Shown piece by piece: positions 26,892 through 40,316 of a stretch of DNA of 64,000 bases. Origin of the DNA: Octopus sinensis (Eukaryota); assembly GCF_006345805.1 (NCBI RefSeq), contig NC_043022.1, positions 15,066,001 through 15,130,000 on the forward strand. Direction: 5' to 3'. Numbering within the stretch: the first letter of the stretch is position 1; every line of letters begins with the position of its first letter. Position numbers and translations under genes: made by a program. Under the pieces are notes generated by a model. The model saw only the letters and a list, made by a program, of their open reading frames with translations, searched no databases and was not told the origin of the DNA.

Positions 26892-27123
26892 GGCAGCAAG
26901 CTGGCAGAATTGTTAGCACGCCGGGCGAAATGCTTAACGGTATTTTGTCTGCCGTTACATTTTGAGTTCAAATTCCGCCGGGGCTGACTTTGCCTTTCAT
27001 CCTTTCGGGGTCGATAAATTAAGTACTAGTTGAGTACTGGGGTCAATGTAATCGACTTAATACCTTTGTCTGTCCTTGTTTGTCTCCTCTATGTTTAGCC
27101 CCTTGTGGGCAATAAAGAAATAA
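26892..27123 (+). mobile_element. SINE family B, full length
   Basis: As in other copies. Confidence 0.85.
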
Positions 27124-27555
27124 GATCATGCTTCACCCCTCATCCCATGTCTTCCTGGGTCTACATTCTACTTCAGGTTCCCTCCACAGTTAGAGATCGG
27201 CACTTCTTTAAACAGCTGTCCTCATCCATATGCATCATATTACCAAACCAGTGCGGTCGTCTCTCTTGCACACCACATCTGATGTGGTGGTACATGGACT
27301 AGTGGTTAGAGCAGAGGGATCGCGGGTTCGAATCTCAGACCGGGTGATGTGTGTGTTTATGAGCGAAACACCTAAGCTCAACGCGACTCCGGCAGAAGGT
27401 AATTCAATGGAAATTGTAGCTGTGATATCAGTGCCGATGGCACGTAAGAGAACCATCGATTGTGGCTGTTGCCCTGGCCCCTGTGCTGGTGGCACGTAAA
27501 AAGCACCCACTACACTCACGGAGTGGTTGGCGTTAGGAAGGGCATCCAGCCATAG

Positions 27556-27768
27556 AAACTTATGAAAATAAGATATTTGTACTCAGAGCCAGAAGTGGTT
27601 TCAGCCAGGTTGGTAGCGAAAGGGTTAAGAATTGTTTCTCTATTATATATTTTAACCCTTTCATTACTGTATTTATTTTGAGATGCTCTGCGTTTCTTTC
27701 AATTAATTTTAAATATAACAAAGAATTTAGTAAAACAACTTAGTTATCATTAAGCTAGTGTTAGGAAC
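27556..27768 (+). mobile_element. Junction fragment of the piggyBac-like MITE array
   Basis: ...gaaagggttaa-gaattgtttctctattatatatt-ttaaccctt... Confidence 0.65.
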
Positions 27769-28312
27769 TTCTGCTGACTCTTTCACCACAACTTTTTCTC
27801 ACTCTTTCTTCCTGCATCTTGCAGGTCACCTGCGACGGACCGGCGTCCCGTCCAGGTGGAGAACCTATATGCCAAGGAAACCGGGAAACCAGCTCTTTAT
27901 GAGCCAGGCTTGGTTTGAGAAGGAACATCTGATGCCACTCATGCCTAATTTACACTGACATTGCATGTCCAGCGAAGCATAGTGGCTTCATTTCCTTCAA
28001 GCCTACGCATATCCTCACCTGTCACAGCTCATGTGTCACTGCTATGCAGCAAACCTGTTGGCCCACGGATATCAAACAATCGGCCTTTCACCCCCGAGAG
28101 GAAAGTATATTATAATCATAAAGTAATCTGATCTGAAGGATCCTGGTATATGAAAGATTGTAATCCTCAACATGTTATTTGTGCTGTGGCTAAACTGGTG
28201 AGTCATTTACTTGTAAACAACTTGAAAGTAATCTTTTATGATCAGCTAAATTGCTTTTGTGTGTGTTAGAAGTTATGCAACAAATTTTGTTTAGCTATGA
28301 AACATATGTAGT

Positions 28313-28493
28313 CTTCGTGGAATAAGCTGCCGGACGAGATAGTGAAGATGCCGACGACCGCTCGGTTCAAAGTCTCTCTTGACCAGAAATGGCCTGAACT
28401 CTTTGCATGAACACCCTCCCTGTACATAACTCCATGTCCCCCTACATGGCCTTGCTTTTTGCTTTTTGAGCCAAAAAATTAACTTAACTTAAT
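28313..28493 (+). mobile_element. CR1-clade LINE 3' end
   Basis: Same as 1-300. Confidence 0.85.
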
Positions 28494-28584
28494 TCATCTC
28501 TTCCATTCCTCACACTTTCAGATTATATATATATATAAATATATACGCACATACATACACGCACACACTGTACTCTTTTCTGTA

Positions 28585-28962
28585 ATTTGACTGCGGCTAT
28601 GCTGGAGCACCACATTCGGTCGAGCAAATCGACCCCAGGACTTATTCTTTGTAACCCTAGAACTTATTCTATCGGTCTCTTTTGCCAAACCACTAAGTTA
28701 CGGGGATGTAAACACACCAGCATCGGTTGTCAAGGAATGTTGGGGGGACAAACACAGACACAAACACGCACACACACACACATATATATATACATATATA
28801 TGACGGGCTTCTTTCAGTTTCCGTCTACCAAATCCACTCACAAGGCTTTGGTCGACCTGAGGCTATAGTAGAAGACATTTGCCCAAGGTGCCATGCAGTG
28901 GGACTGAACCTGGAACCATGTGCTTGGTAAGCAAGCTACTTACCACACAGCCGCTCCGGCGC
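28585..28962 (-). mobile_element. SINE family A, near full length
   Basis: Reverse complement of the family A sequence. Confidence 0.8.
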
Positions 28963-29296
28963 CTATGTATTTCATGATATATGAAATTCAATTTTTTCTT
29001 AAAAAAAAAAAAAACCCTCAAAAATCCCCCTGGTTCCTATATGTGAAGGTGGGCCTTCCTTAAGCTAATTTTGTCCCTGATGCTCACTACTATAGGTTAT
29101 TCTTAATCCAGCTGATCCCTTCTGCCTTAGCCTAACTTCAGCAATAATTCTTATTTCTTTATTGCCCATAAGGGGCTAAACAGAGAGGACAAACAAGGAC
29201 AGACAAAGGGATTAAGTCGATTACATTGAACCCAGTGCATAACTGGTACTTATTTAATCGACCCCAAAAAGATGAAAGGCAAAGTCGACCTTGGCG

Positions 29297-29847
29297 ACAG
29301 AGCCAGAAGTGGTTTCGGCTGGGTTCGTATCAAAAGGGTTAGGAATTGTTTCTCTATTATACATTTTAACCCTTTCGTTACTGTATTTATTTTGAGATGC
29401 TTTGTGTTTCTTTCAATTGATTTTAAATATAACGAAGAGTTTAGTAAAATGACTTAGTTATCATTAAGCTAGTTTTAGGAACATAAATTGTGACTAAGGT
29501 TTGGTGGAAGATTTTAATTCAGAACTTTTGTAAACAAGACATTTGTACTACAGAGCCAGAAGTGGTTTCAGCCAGGTTGGTATTGAATGGGTTAAGAATT
29601 GTTTCTCTATTATATATTTTAACCCTTTTGTTACCCTATATCTGTTGAGATGCTCTGTGTTTTTTTCAATTAATTTAAAATATAACAAAGAATTTAGTAA
29701 AACAACTTAGTTATCATTAAGCTAGTGTTAGGAACATAAATTGTGACTAAGGGTTGGTGGAAGATTTTAATTCAAAACTTATGAAAACAAGACATTTGTA
29801 CTACAGAGCCAGAAGTGGTTTCAGCCAGATGATAATGGAAGGGTTAG
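29297..29847 (+). mobile_element. Tandem piggyBac-like MITE array (253-bp period)
   Basis: TTAA|CCC...GGG|TTAA units starting at 29366 and 29619, with a conserved spacer. Confidence 0.7.
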
Positions 29848-31225
29848 GATGTGTCGCACATAATGTGGGGTGGGCTTATATCACACCAAATGTGGTAATA
29901 CCTTAACTGAAATCAGGTCATCAAAGTGTCCTACTGCATCGCAGGACAAGGTTTATGCTGGATATATAGACATTAAAACTGTGTATTACCTGTCATAGGA
30001 GGTGGGGGGGACAATGTGAAGACATGGAGACACAGGTGAGCAGGAAGCCGGATACCTGCTCATATAGGTAGACAGTCCTACACATGCATGCACACACACA
30101 CACACCAGAGGATCTATTCCAGTCCACTCATACACACAAACAGCAGTAGATACATACAAAGGTATACATACATACAAACACACACACAGAGAAAAGCATA
30201 TGCACACATGCACACACAAAACTATACACACACACTCACTCAAGTATACATACACACACAACTATATACGCAGGCGCCGCGTGTGCACACACAAGGAGAA
30301 AGAGGGAAGTATATAAGATTGCTAGGTATAGGGTTTGAGGGCAGGGGGGGGGGCTGAAGAGACAGACAGACAGACAGACAGGCAGGTAAACTGACAGACA
30401 GGCAGAGTTGGTGAGTGTCAGCAACTGAAAGGAGGACAATTATTGGGGGGAGGGGAGTGACAGACACTGGGGGTTTATTTATTGTTGAACTGTGACAAGA
30501 GGACAGGTATTTGGGTGGATGGATGGGTAAGGGTGGGCAGAGGGGGGAAAAATGAAAGGATAGATTGAGGGTGGGAGGAAGAGGAGGAGGAGGAGGAGAA
30601 CAGGTGGAGAATGGAGAGGGGGGGGTGTTTGAGTGAGAGGGTGAAGGAAAAGCTTGTTGAGATTAGCAGAGAGAGAGAGAGAAAGAGAGAGAGGAGGGAA
30701 GGCAGAAAGGAGTAAAAGGAAGAGGGATAGAGGGAGGAAAAGAGAGAGAGAGGGGGAAAGGGGCATAGGGAGGAAGACCAAGCAAAAGACAAAGATGGTG
30801 TCTGTTGGGGGGAGGAGGATCACACACACACAGACACACACACTAATACACAGTACTGTTCACACACACACACACACAAACACACCAGTATGCAGTTACA
30901 TACACACACACAGACAAACAATAATAGACTTAAGGAAATACAAAGGTGATAGTGTCACAACTGTTCCCCCACCTTACCACCACCCCACTTTAATCACAAG
31001 TACTTTCACCCACCCCACCCCACCCTCTCCACCATCATTTGTACTATCACCAGCAAGGTCACCACCACCCTAACTGATTTCTCTCTCTCTCTCTCAGCAC
31101 CACCTGGCTTTTTCATGTTAAAAAATAATAACCCCAAGCACAGGACCACCCTGTCTGGAAAAGCTGCACCAACAGGAGGTGACACCCCCTACAAACAGAA
31201 TTTCAGGGATGACACAAACCCTACT

Positions 31226-31552
31226 TGTGAAGACCTGTTGAGGCAAGTGAAAATGAAAATCGAAATCGATCAACATCAATGGAAATTGTAGCTGTGATAC
31301 CAGTGCCGATGGCACGTAAGAGAACCAGCCGATTGTGGCCGTTGCCAGCCTCGTCTGGCCCCCGTGCCGGTGGGTGGCACGTAAAAAGCACCCATTACAC
31401 TCACGGAGTGGTTGGCGTTAGGAAGGGCATCCAGCCGTAGAAACTTTGCCAGATCAGACTGGGCCTTCTGGCTTCCCGGACCCCAGTTGAACCGTCCAAC
31501 CCATGCCAGCATGGAAAGCAGACGTTAAACGATGGCGATGATGATGATGATG
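31226..31552 (+). mobile_element. RTE 3'UTR
   Basis: Matches 19040-19430. Confidence 0.8.
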
Positions 31553-31754
31553 ACAAAGGAAATGTGAGCTGCGCAAGTCTTGAAAGCAACCGGTTGCCTT
31601 CCGTTCCCAGCAGACCCTTCCAAGCATGCATCAGGACTGCTTGGACACACCAAATGCACTTGGGACCCATCTTCTCCCATGTGATGTCCTCGGTCATGTT
31701 GACAAGGATGGACAAACATTGTTATTTATAGAACTGATAAACCCTCTCTCAAAG

Positions 31755-32570
31755 GCAATGAGCTGGCAGAAATATTAGCATGCCGAGCAAAATGCTTAGT
31801 AGTACTTCATCCATCTTTACATTCTGAGGTCAAATTCCGCCGAGGTTGACAAATCGAGTACCAGTTGTGAATCGGGGATTGATCTAAGTGACTGGCCTCC
31901 TTCTCCAAAATTCTGGACCTTGTGCCCAGAGCAGAAAAGAATATCTAAACGGTTGAAGGCAGCAAGCTGGCAGACACATAAGCATGCCGGGTGAAATGCT
32001 TAGCGGTATTTCATCTGCGTTACGTTGTGAGTTCAAATTCTGCCGAGGTCAACTTTGCCTTTCATCCTTTCGGGGTCGATAAATTAAGTACCAGTTACGC
32101 ACTGGGGTTGATGTAATCGACTTAATACCTATGTCTGTCCTTGTTTGTCCACTCTGTGTTTAGCCCCTTGTGGGTAATAAAGAAATAGGTATTTCATCTG
32201 TGTTTACGTTCTGAGTTCAAATTCCGACGAGTTCGACAAATTAAGTACCAGCTGTGTACTAGGGTCAATCTAATTGACTGGCCCCCTCCCCCAAAATTCT
32301 TGGCCTTGTGCCTAGAGTAGAAAAGAATGTTCAAAAGGCCGAAGGTGGGAAGCTGGCAGAAACGTTAGCACACTGGGTAAAATGCTTAGCAGTATTTCAT
32401 CTGTCTCTATGTTCTGAGTTCAAATTCCATCAAGGTCAACTTTGCCTTTCATCCTTTTGGGGTCGATAAATCAAGTACCAGTTTCATACTGGGATTGATC
32501 TCATCGACTGGCCTCCACCCTCCCAAAAATTTTGGGCCTTGTGCCTAGAGTAGAAAAGAATAAACCCCCT
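31755..32570 (+). mobile_element. Tandem run of SINE family B copies and variants
   Basis: Repeated gagctggcaga heads and gagttcaaattcc boxes. Confidence 0.8.
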
Positions 32571-33644
32571 TTCAAAAGGGATAGATACATATTAAACTCT
32601 AACAGTTCCCTTTTCTCTGGATACACACACGGCCCTTTATTATTTGCTAAGTTGGTTTTAAATCAGGGTCCCTTTCTGCAATATCTACTCAGTCTATCCC
32701 TATCTATCAAAGTTCCAGCCTTATGCTTCTTTTAGTTTCCACCTACCAAATCCATTCACAATGGCTTTGGTTGCCCCGTTCCCTCGACAACCGATGTTGG
32801 TGTGTTTACATCCCCCGTAACTAAGTGGTGCAGCAAAAGCGACTGATAGAATAAGTACTAGGCTTACAAAGAATAAAGTCCCGGGAATTGATTTCTTCAA
32901 CGAAAAAAAGAAAAGCCCCTTTAAGGTGGTGCTCCAGCATGGCCCCCACCCCACAGTCAAAATAACAAACAAGTAAAAAAAAATAAAAATAAAAAAAATA
33001 AAAGAATAGTATAAACACACATCATATTTAAACATCCCCTTTTCCAAGGCTGCATGGGGTTAGACAGAATTGGGTCAGAAGGAGGGGGAGAAGAGAGGGG
33101 GGTGACAAGTGTATTTAGCAGTTACAGAAAACAAAGGGACACTTGTAAAGGACAATATTACTGTTACTACTGCTGCTGCTGCTACTACTACTTCTACTTC
33201 TACTACTACTACTACTACTACTACTAACGCCACCTATAGGAGGAGTATAGATAATTTTAGTAGTTTCTGTGCTGTCAATTTGACTGTGGCCATGCTGGAG
33301 CACTGCCTTTAGTCGAACAAACTTTCAAGTAAATTCTCAAATATTAATTATCACCATCACCATCATCATCAACATCATCGTCATCATCGTTGCCGTCATC
33401 AAGAGCCTCATCAGCGTTATGGCTGGGCGATTAATAAGCTTGCTTTGAAACCAAGTCACTTCAGGTTCAGACCCACTGTGTGACGCTTTGGGCAAGTTGG
33501 CCCTGGGCTGACCAGTGCCTTTGTGAGTGGACTTGGTAGGAAGAAGCTGTGAGGAAGCCCATTGTATGTGTATACATATGTGTGTGTGTGTTTTGCAGCC
33601 TTCATGATGCAATTGGATAAATTTTGAAAAAAATATCCAAAGGC

Positions 33645-34028
33645 GTAGGACTGGCTGTGTGGTAAGTAGCTTGCTTACGAACTACATGGTTCCAGGTTCA
33701 GTCCCACTGCGTGGCATCTTGGGCAAGTGTCTTCTACTATAGCCTTAGGCCTGCCAAAGCCTTGTGAGTGGATTTGGTAGACAGAAACTGAAAGAAGCCC
33801 ATCATATATATATATATGTGTGTGTGTGTGTGTATGTGTGTATATGTTTGTGTGTCTGTGTTTGTCCCCCCAACATCGTTTGACAACCGATACTAGTGTG
33901 TTTACTTCCCTGGTTCGGCAAGAGAGACCGATAGAATAAGTACTGGGCTTAGAAAGAATAAGTCCCGGGGTCGATTTGCTCGACTGAAGGCGGTGCTCCA
34001 GCATGGCCGCAGTCAAATGACAGAAACA
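33645..34028 (+). mobile_element. SINE family A, full length
   Basis: As in other copies. Confidence 0.85.
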
Positions 34029-34029
34029 C

Positions 34030-34600
34030 TGCCTTCATAATAATAATAAATAAGGATTTCATTTATTTGCCACAAGGGCAAAGGATGAGGGGAACAATAC
34101 AGACAGATAAAGTGTAGGGATTTACATATAATAATGAAATGATAAAAAAAAGGGGTAAATATACAGGGTATACACTGAAAAAGAAGGGACAAATGCATAG
34201 CATACAAAGGTAAAAAAAAAAGGGGGAGGATGATAGAGATGTGGCCCTCCAGATACAGGAACGCCTCTAGGGATAATCGAGGAACCTCACTGTCTTTGAT
34301 TTCCCTGAAACCCTAGGAACAGGCGCCCTCTCCAATTCCTTCTCTCCAACTCACAGGTCTACCCATAGAGAGGTACCATCCATTCTTGCCATTTTCGCAA
34401 CTTTCACTCGCCTTTCAATAAACTCACTCAAAGACAGCACTTCACTCGAAGACAGCACTTCACTCGAAGACAGCACTTCACTCTCCACTCTCAATTTCCT
34501 TTTCGAGTGAAACCTGAAACGGTCAGTGAGAGCCCTACCAAAGAGGAAAGTATCTGTCCTCGTGCCTTTCAGCGTTGTCCACCAAACAACCTCTTTCGCT
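34030..34600 (-). mobile_element. Probable Tx1/L1-like LINE 3' end with (TAT)n tail
   Basis: AKEVVWWT..FRFHSKRKLRVE..EFIERRVKVAKM resembles Tx1-type ORF2 C-termini (from memory); 3'UTR ends aataaatgaaatc(tta)n; an 18-bp unit x3 lies inside. Confidence 0.5.
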
Positions 34601-34782
34601 ACAGCCACCAATAATAATAATAACAATAATAATAATAATAATAAAAATTACAATTATGATAATTACGTAATAATAACAAGAACAAAAATAATTATGTAAT
34701 AATAACAAAAATAAATATAATAATTAAGAATAAAACAACTAATAATTATGTAATGAGAGATGGCAATAATTATGTAATAATG

Positions 34783-34826
<44 letters not shown>

Positions 34827-35079
34827 TATGCAGTAATAAAGATGATGAAAATTATGTAATAATAATAATATTAATAGTAACAATAATAATAATAATAATT
34901 TTGTAACAAGAAGTGAAATAAAAAAAACATGATAAAAATTTCTTTTATAAACAATAAAAGACATTTATAGTCAAAGAGGGGTGAAATGGGATGTGGTGAA
35001 GGTCATGCAAGGATTTGATTTTATTTTTTTTTTTTTTTTTTGTTAATTTTACTTTATGACAAGTTTTCTTCATTTACAT

Positions 35080-35619
35080 CAGTGGTTCTCAACCATTTTT
35101 TACTAACGGGCCCCTTCAATTTCTGTTTTACCCTACTAGACTCCTGTCGTCATCTGATGTATATATATATATAAAGAAAAATCCTATTATTTTTGTAATT
35201 AAACATTATTAGAAACTGTATCAAAAAAAAAAAAATCATTAAATATTTCATGTGTTGTAGAAGTATAACAGATCTTGTTGCCCTTAATTTTTGACAACAA
35301 AATCTTGTTTGGACCCTTAATTTTTGACAACAAAATCTTGTGTGGACCATTAATTTTTGACAACAAAATCTTGTGTGGACCCTTAATTTTTGACAACAAA
35401 ATCTTGTATGGACCCTTAATTTTTGACAACAAAATCTTTTATGGTCCCTTAATTTTTCACAACAAAATCTTGTATGGACCCTTAATTTTTGACAACAAAA
35501 TCTTGTATGGACCCTTAATTTTTGACAACAAAATCTTGTATGGACTCATAATTTTTGACAACAAAATCTTGTATGGACCCTTAAGGGTCACAGAGACCCT
35601 CCCTGGTTGAGAACCTCTG
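35080..35619. mobile_element. hAT-like MITE carrying a minisatellite
   Basis: TIRs cagtggttctcaacc / ggttgagaacctctg. Confidence 0.7.
35277..35583. repeat. 33-bp minisatellite, ~9 copies
   Basis: Unit cccttaatttttgacaacaaaatcttgtatgga. Confidence 0.95.
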
Positions 35620-36237
35620 ATTCACTACAGCATTATGGTATTCAAGCCTTTTCTTTCGGTAATAAAACGGAGGAAAATGAAATGAATTGGTTAAAGAAAC
35701 TGGCTATCAAAAGCAATGTTGAGTTTGGCTCAGTTTGAGCTTAGCTCTACTCTACAGCGCTTGGTACATGACATGCAGCAACAAGAACCATAACACTAAT
35801 GGAAGAAATCTCGGATTTATAGGTGGGAGAAAATGGGAAGTTGCGACAATCATGCACTGATGCTGGTTTCTTAAGCAGACCAAGGAAGTCTGCGAGTTTG
35901 GTAGCGGAACGGAACCGGAGGTGGAGGTGTTTGTATATTTTGGTAAATACATAAGCGAGGTATATGAAATGGTTTGCATTAACTTGGTAAAATGATAGCG
36001 ATGATGTGGAGGGAGGGAGAATGAAGTGAATTAAATGAAACCCAGTATATTACTGGTACACAATACCAGTCCATGGATGTGTGGTTAAGAAGTTTGCTTC
36101 TTAGCTTAGCATGGTTTTCGGATCAGTCCCACTGTATGGTACCTTGAGCAAGTGCCTTCTTTTAAAGCCCTGGGCCAAGCAATGCTTTCTGAAGGAAATT
36201 GCTAGATGGAAACTAAAAGAATCCTGCTTATTGTATC

Positions 36238-36490
36238 CTCATCGTTTAACGTCCATTTTCCGCACTAGCACGAGTTGGACGGTTCGACCGGGGTTGGGAA
36301 GCCAGGGGCTGCACCAGGCTCCAGTCTGATCTGGCAGTGTTTCTACAGCTGGATGCCCTTCCTAACGCCAACCACTCCGCGAGTGTAGTGGGTGCTTTTT
36401 ACGTGCCACCGGCACAGGTGACAGGGGAGTCTGCCATCGGCCACGATCGGTTGGTGCTTTTAATGTGCCACCGGCACGGAAGCCAGCCAT
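36238..36490 (-). mobile_element. RTE 3'UTR fragment
   Basis: Reverse complement of the RTE tail. Confidence 0.8.
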
Positions 36491-37394
36491 GTAAATACCC
36501 ACACTTTGTCTGTCTGTATTGTTCCCCTCATCCTTTGCCCTTGTGGCAAATAAATGAAATCATTATTATTATTATGAAGGTAATGTTTCTGTCATTTGAC
36601 TGTGGCCATGCTGGAGCACCGCCTTTAGTTGAACAAATTGACCCCAGGACTTATTCTTTGTAAGCATAGTGCTTACAAGAGTAAAGAGTATACGATTTAT
36701 TTATTATTTTGCACATTACTTCATCATCGTTATATGTTTTATCTTATATTTAATTTTTCTATAATATGTCATTTTCTAGATGGTATAATTTAATTTTTCA
36801 TTATCGAATTGATAAAAGGTGTCTTTTTTTCTAATTTATACACACACACACACATATATAATAATAAAGGGTAAAAATCATTAATGATTTTTACCAAGTG
36901 GTAAGTGCAGAAATAAAACCTCATAGGTAAATTAATATAAATATTTTATAATTATAAACATAATTATAACAAGGGCTTGGCTTGTGCCTCACCATGCACT
37001 GAAAAATAGACGTCAATAGACACTATTACCACCATAAATTCTCCGAGAATATGTGATGTGTTTATTCTCAGAGAATATATAAAATATATATATATATATA
37101 CATACTCATACATACATGCACACATACTTTTAGTTAAAATTTCTGCCGATTAAAAATAAAGATAAAAAAAGTTTAAGCAAAATATATGATTAGCAGACAT
37201 CTTAGCTGCTAATTCCATACCATATTCCTTAGTTTATTTACCTGTCAGAGCCAATTAGTTTACCTGACAATATTTAGCTTTGCTCCTTTACATTTCCAAT
37301 TCAAACCTTACTTATGTTGGAGTTACCTTTCATTCTACCTGGTTGATGAAGTACCAGGAAAGTATCAGGACAGATATACCGTTTTGTAATGTGT

Positions 37395-37777
37395 GGAGAT
37401 GCAATGGCCCAGTGGTTAGGGCAGTGGACTCGCGGTCATAGGATCGCGGTTTCGATTCCCAGACCAGGCGTTGTGAGTGTTTATTGAGCGAAAACACCTA
37501 AAAGCTCCACGAGGCTCCGGCAGGGGATGGTGGTGATCCCTTCTGTACTCTTTCACCACAACTTTCTCTCACTCTTACTTCCTGTTTCTGTTGTACCTGT
37601 ATTTCAAAGGGCCGGCCTTGTCACTCTCTGTGTCACGCTGAATATCCCCGAGAACTACGTTAAGGGTACACGTGTCTGTGGAGTGCTCAGCCACTTAGAC
37701 GTTAATTTCACGAGCAGGCTGTTCCGTTGATTCGGATCAACCGGAATCCTCATCGTCGTAACCGACGGAGTGCTTCC
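37395..37777 (+). mobile_element. tRNA-derived SINE family C, full length
   Basis: Head tggcccagtggttagggcagtggactcgcggtc...ggtttcgattcc (boxes A/B); near-identical copy at 42049. Confidence 0.85.
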
Positions 37778-38569
37778 TAAAAAAAATTTTAATGTGTATA
37801 ACGAACCCTTTTTTGTCAAAAATTAGGTTAAAAAAATATGGGAGTTTCTTATACATAGATAGTATTATAATCCCTTATAAAACCGTTTTTCTAAATTTTA
37901 AACCCCCAAAATTACAGGGTTCCTTATACACGTTAATTGTTTGTTTGCCCTGCTCTCCTATAGAAAACGAAGCTTTATGCTTGCATGTGCCTTATGCCTG
38001 CCCAGGCCCCTGCAACAGCAGGAACCCTACATAGATGCAGGCATGTGCCAACATTAGCAAATTCTTTTATTAAGGTACCAAGGGAATACCAGTAAAAAGT
38101 TCTTGATAAGAGATTTTTGTCCTTTTTTTTTTATTATGTCAACTTTGGTTTCACTTTGGTCCCTTGGTTTAGCGTTTCACATTTGGAAACCATTTCATAT
38201 TCACTGCTTAGGAATAAATGAATGAATGAATGAAGATGGATGGCAGATGTAGAGATTAACGAATGATTGTATGTGTGAAAGGATGGGCATAAACATCACA
38301 ACATCTTTCTTTCTTAGAAAGAAAAATAAAAAGTAGTCGGAGGTGAAAAGTTTCATATTGGTCCATAGAAAAAAAATCACATATTTGTCACAAGCTCTCA
38401 ATCTCAGGACAGGTTCGCCTGTTTTCAATGTCACACACACACACACACGTGCATGTGCGCACACATTCTTTCCCTGCAATCTCTCTCTTCTTCACTCTCA
38501 CTCAGGCCCTCACTCCCACTCATGCTCTCTCTCACTCACTCACTCAGGCTCTCTCACTCATCCAGGCTC

Positions 38570-38830
38570 TGTTTCACTCAGTCATGCTCTCTCTCTCTCT
38601 CACACACTCAGGCTCTCCACTCACTCACACTCTCTACTCACTCACATTCAGGTTCTCCACTCACTCACACTCTCTACTCACTCACACTCAGGTTCTCCAC
38701 TCACTCACACTCTCTACTCACTCACACTCAGGTTCTCCACTCACTCACACTCAGGATTTCCACTCACTCACACTCAGGATTTCCACTCACTCACACTCAG
38801 GATTTCCACTCACTCACACTCAGGCTCTCC
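38570..38830. repeat. CACT-rich minisatellite (cactcactcacactcaggttctc variants)
   Basis: Direct reading. Confidence 0.9.
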
Positions 38831-39502
38831 ACTTACTCAAGCTCTCTCTGTCTCACCCAATCATGCTTTCTCTCTCTCTCTCACACACTTAGGCACTCTC
38901 TCTCTCTCTCTCTCTATCTCTCCCTGTAGGAAGAAGGGTCGTTTGCCGGTTCGGTTCAGTTCAGTTCGGTTCGATGCAGGTAGTAAGGATGGAGTTTACA
39001 AACTAGCAGATGAGGAAGACAAGGATGGGACGAGGAAGGCGGAGGATGCAGAGGAAAGGAAACAGGGGGGGTGAAAAATAAAACACAAAAAAAAAGTTTT
39101 AAAAAAAAAGGAAAAAAAAAAAAGAAAAAAATTAACCCAGTGGGTGTATATATATATATATGTATATATATATTTGTGAATGTAGTTTGGAACAACAGAC
39201 CTAAATTGTTTCAACATTATTGGTGCTTCTCTGCTGCATAGACGGACCCTTCCCTTCGTGCAGGCAATACGGTTCTGAAAGAATGTAACAAGTAAGGAAA
39301 GTTTAGCCAGGAAGGGCTTGGCTCAGATTTTTTTTTCAAAACATCATTATCGTTAATATTAAAAGATGATAATTAACTTAACACGCCAGATCACCCACCA
39401 CCACCACCACAACACAAACAGTTATAATACTAGTACAACTACTACTACGACTACTACTATTGTTTCTGTTAATTAGTGAAAGTTAACGAGGAGAGGGTTG
39501 GC

Positions 39503-39747
39503 TGTTAGTTTATTATTATTATTACTATTATTATTATTATTACTATTACTATTATTATTATTACTATTATTATTATTACTATTACTATTATTATTACTAT
39601 TATTACTATTATTATTATTATTACTATTACTATTATTATTATTATTATTACTATTATTACTATTACTATTATTATTATTATTACTATTACTATTATTATT
39701 ACTATTATTACTATTATTATTATTATTACTATTATTATTATTATTAT
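39503..39747. repeat. (ATT/ACT)n trinucleotide microsatellite
   Basis: Direct reading; explains the poly-Leu ORF. Confidence 0.95.
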
Positions 39748-39963
39748 AGGCAGTGAGCTGGCAGAATTGTTAGCACGCCGAGAAAATTGCTTAGCGCCAT
39801 TTTGTCGGTCTTCACTTTCTGAGTTCAATTTCTGCTGAGGTCGACTTTGCTTTTTATCCTTTCGGGGTCGATAAGTTAAGTACCAGTGAAACACTGGGTG
39901 TCGACGTAATCGACTATTCCCCTCCCCCAAAAAATTTCAAGCCTTGAGCCTATAGGTGAAAGG

Positions 39964-39965
<2 letters not shown>
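39748..39965 (+). mobile_element. SINE family B variant
   Basis: ggcagtgagctggcaga head; (ATT)n tail. Confidence 0.8.
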
Positions 39966-39998
<33 letters not shown>

Positions 39999-40316
39999 GG
40001 CAGTGGGGTAGCAGAACTGTTAGTATGCCGGGCGATATACTCAGTGGCATTTCTTCTGTCTTGAGAATCCGTGTTCAAATTCCACTGATGTCGACTTTGC
40101 ATATCATCTTTTAAGGGTCAATAAAAAAAATACCAGTGAAGTATACCAACAGTTTGAACAAGAAAGCAGCGAATTTAGACTTATTTGCTTACAATTCGAC
40201 CAGCTCTTGAAAACAATATACACACCTTAATATATGCTTATTCAGTAAGATACAAATATACACTATTAATATCCAGCACAAGTCCACATTCTCAAACAAA
40301 AGAAGAGACTACATAT

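Noticed and set aside
35820-35955. Possible plus-strand exon after tttatag
   Set aside because: Short, unrecognisable translation; splice sites alone are not enough.
37395-37470. tRNA-like heads of the SINEs as tRNA genes
   Set aside because: They continue into SINE bodies, occur in many diverged copies and lack a complete acceptor stem.
38929-39074. Acceptor-like ctccctgtag followed by a charged reading frame
   Set aside because: The pyrimidine tract is simply a (CT)n repeat; no homology recognised.
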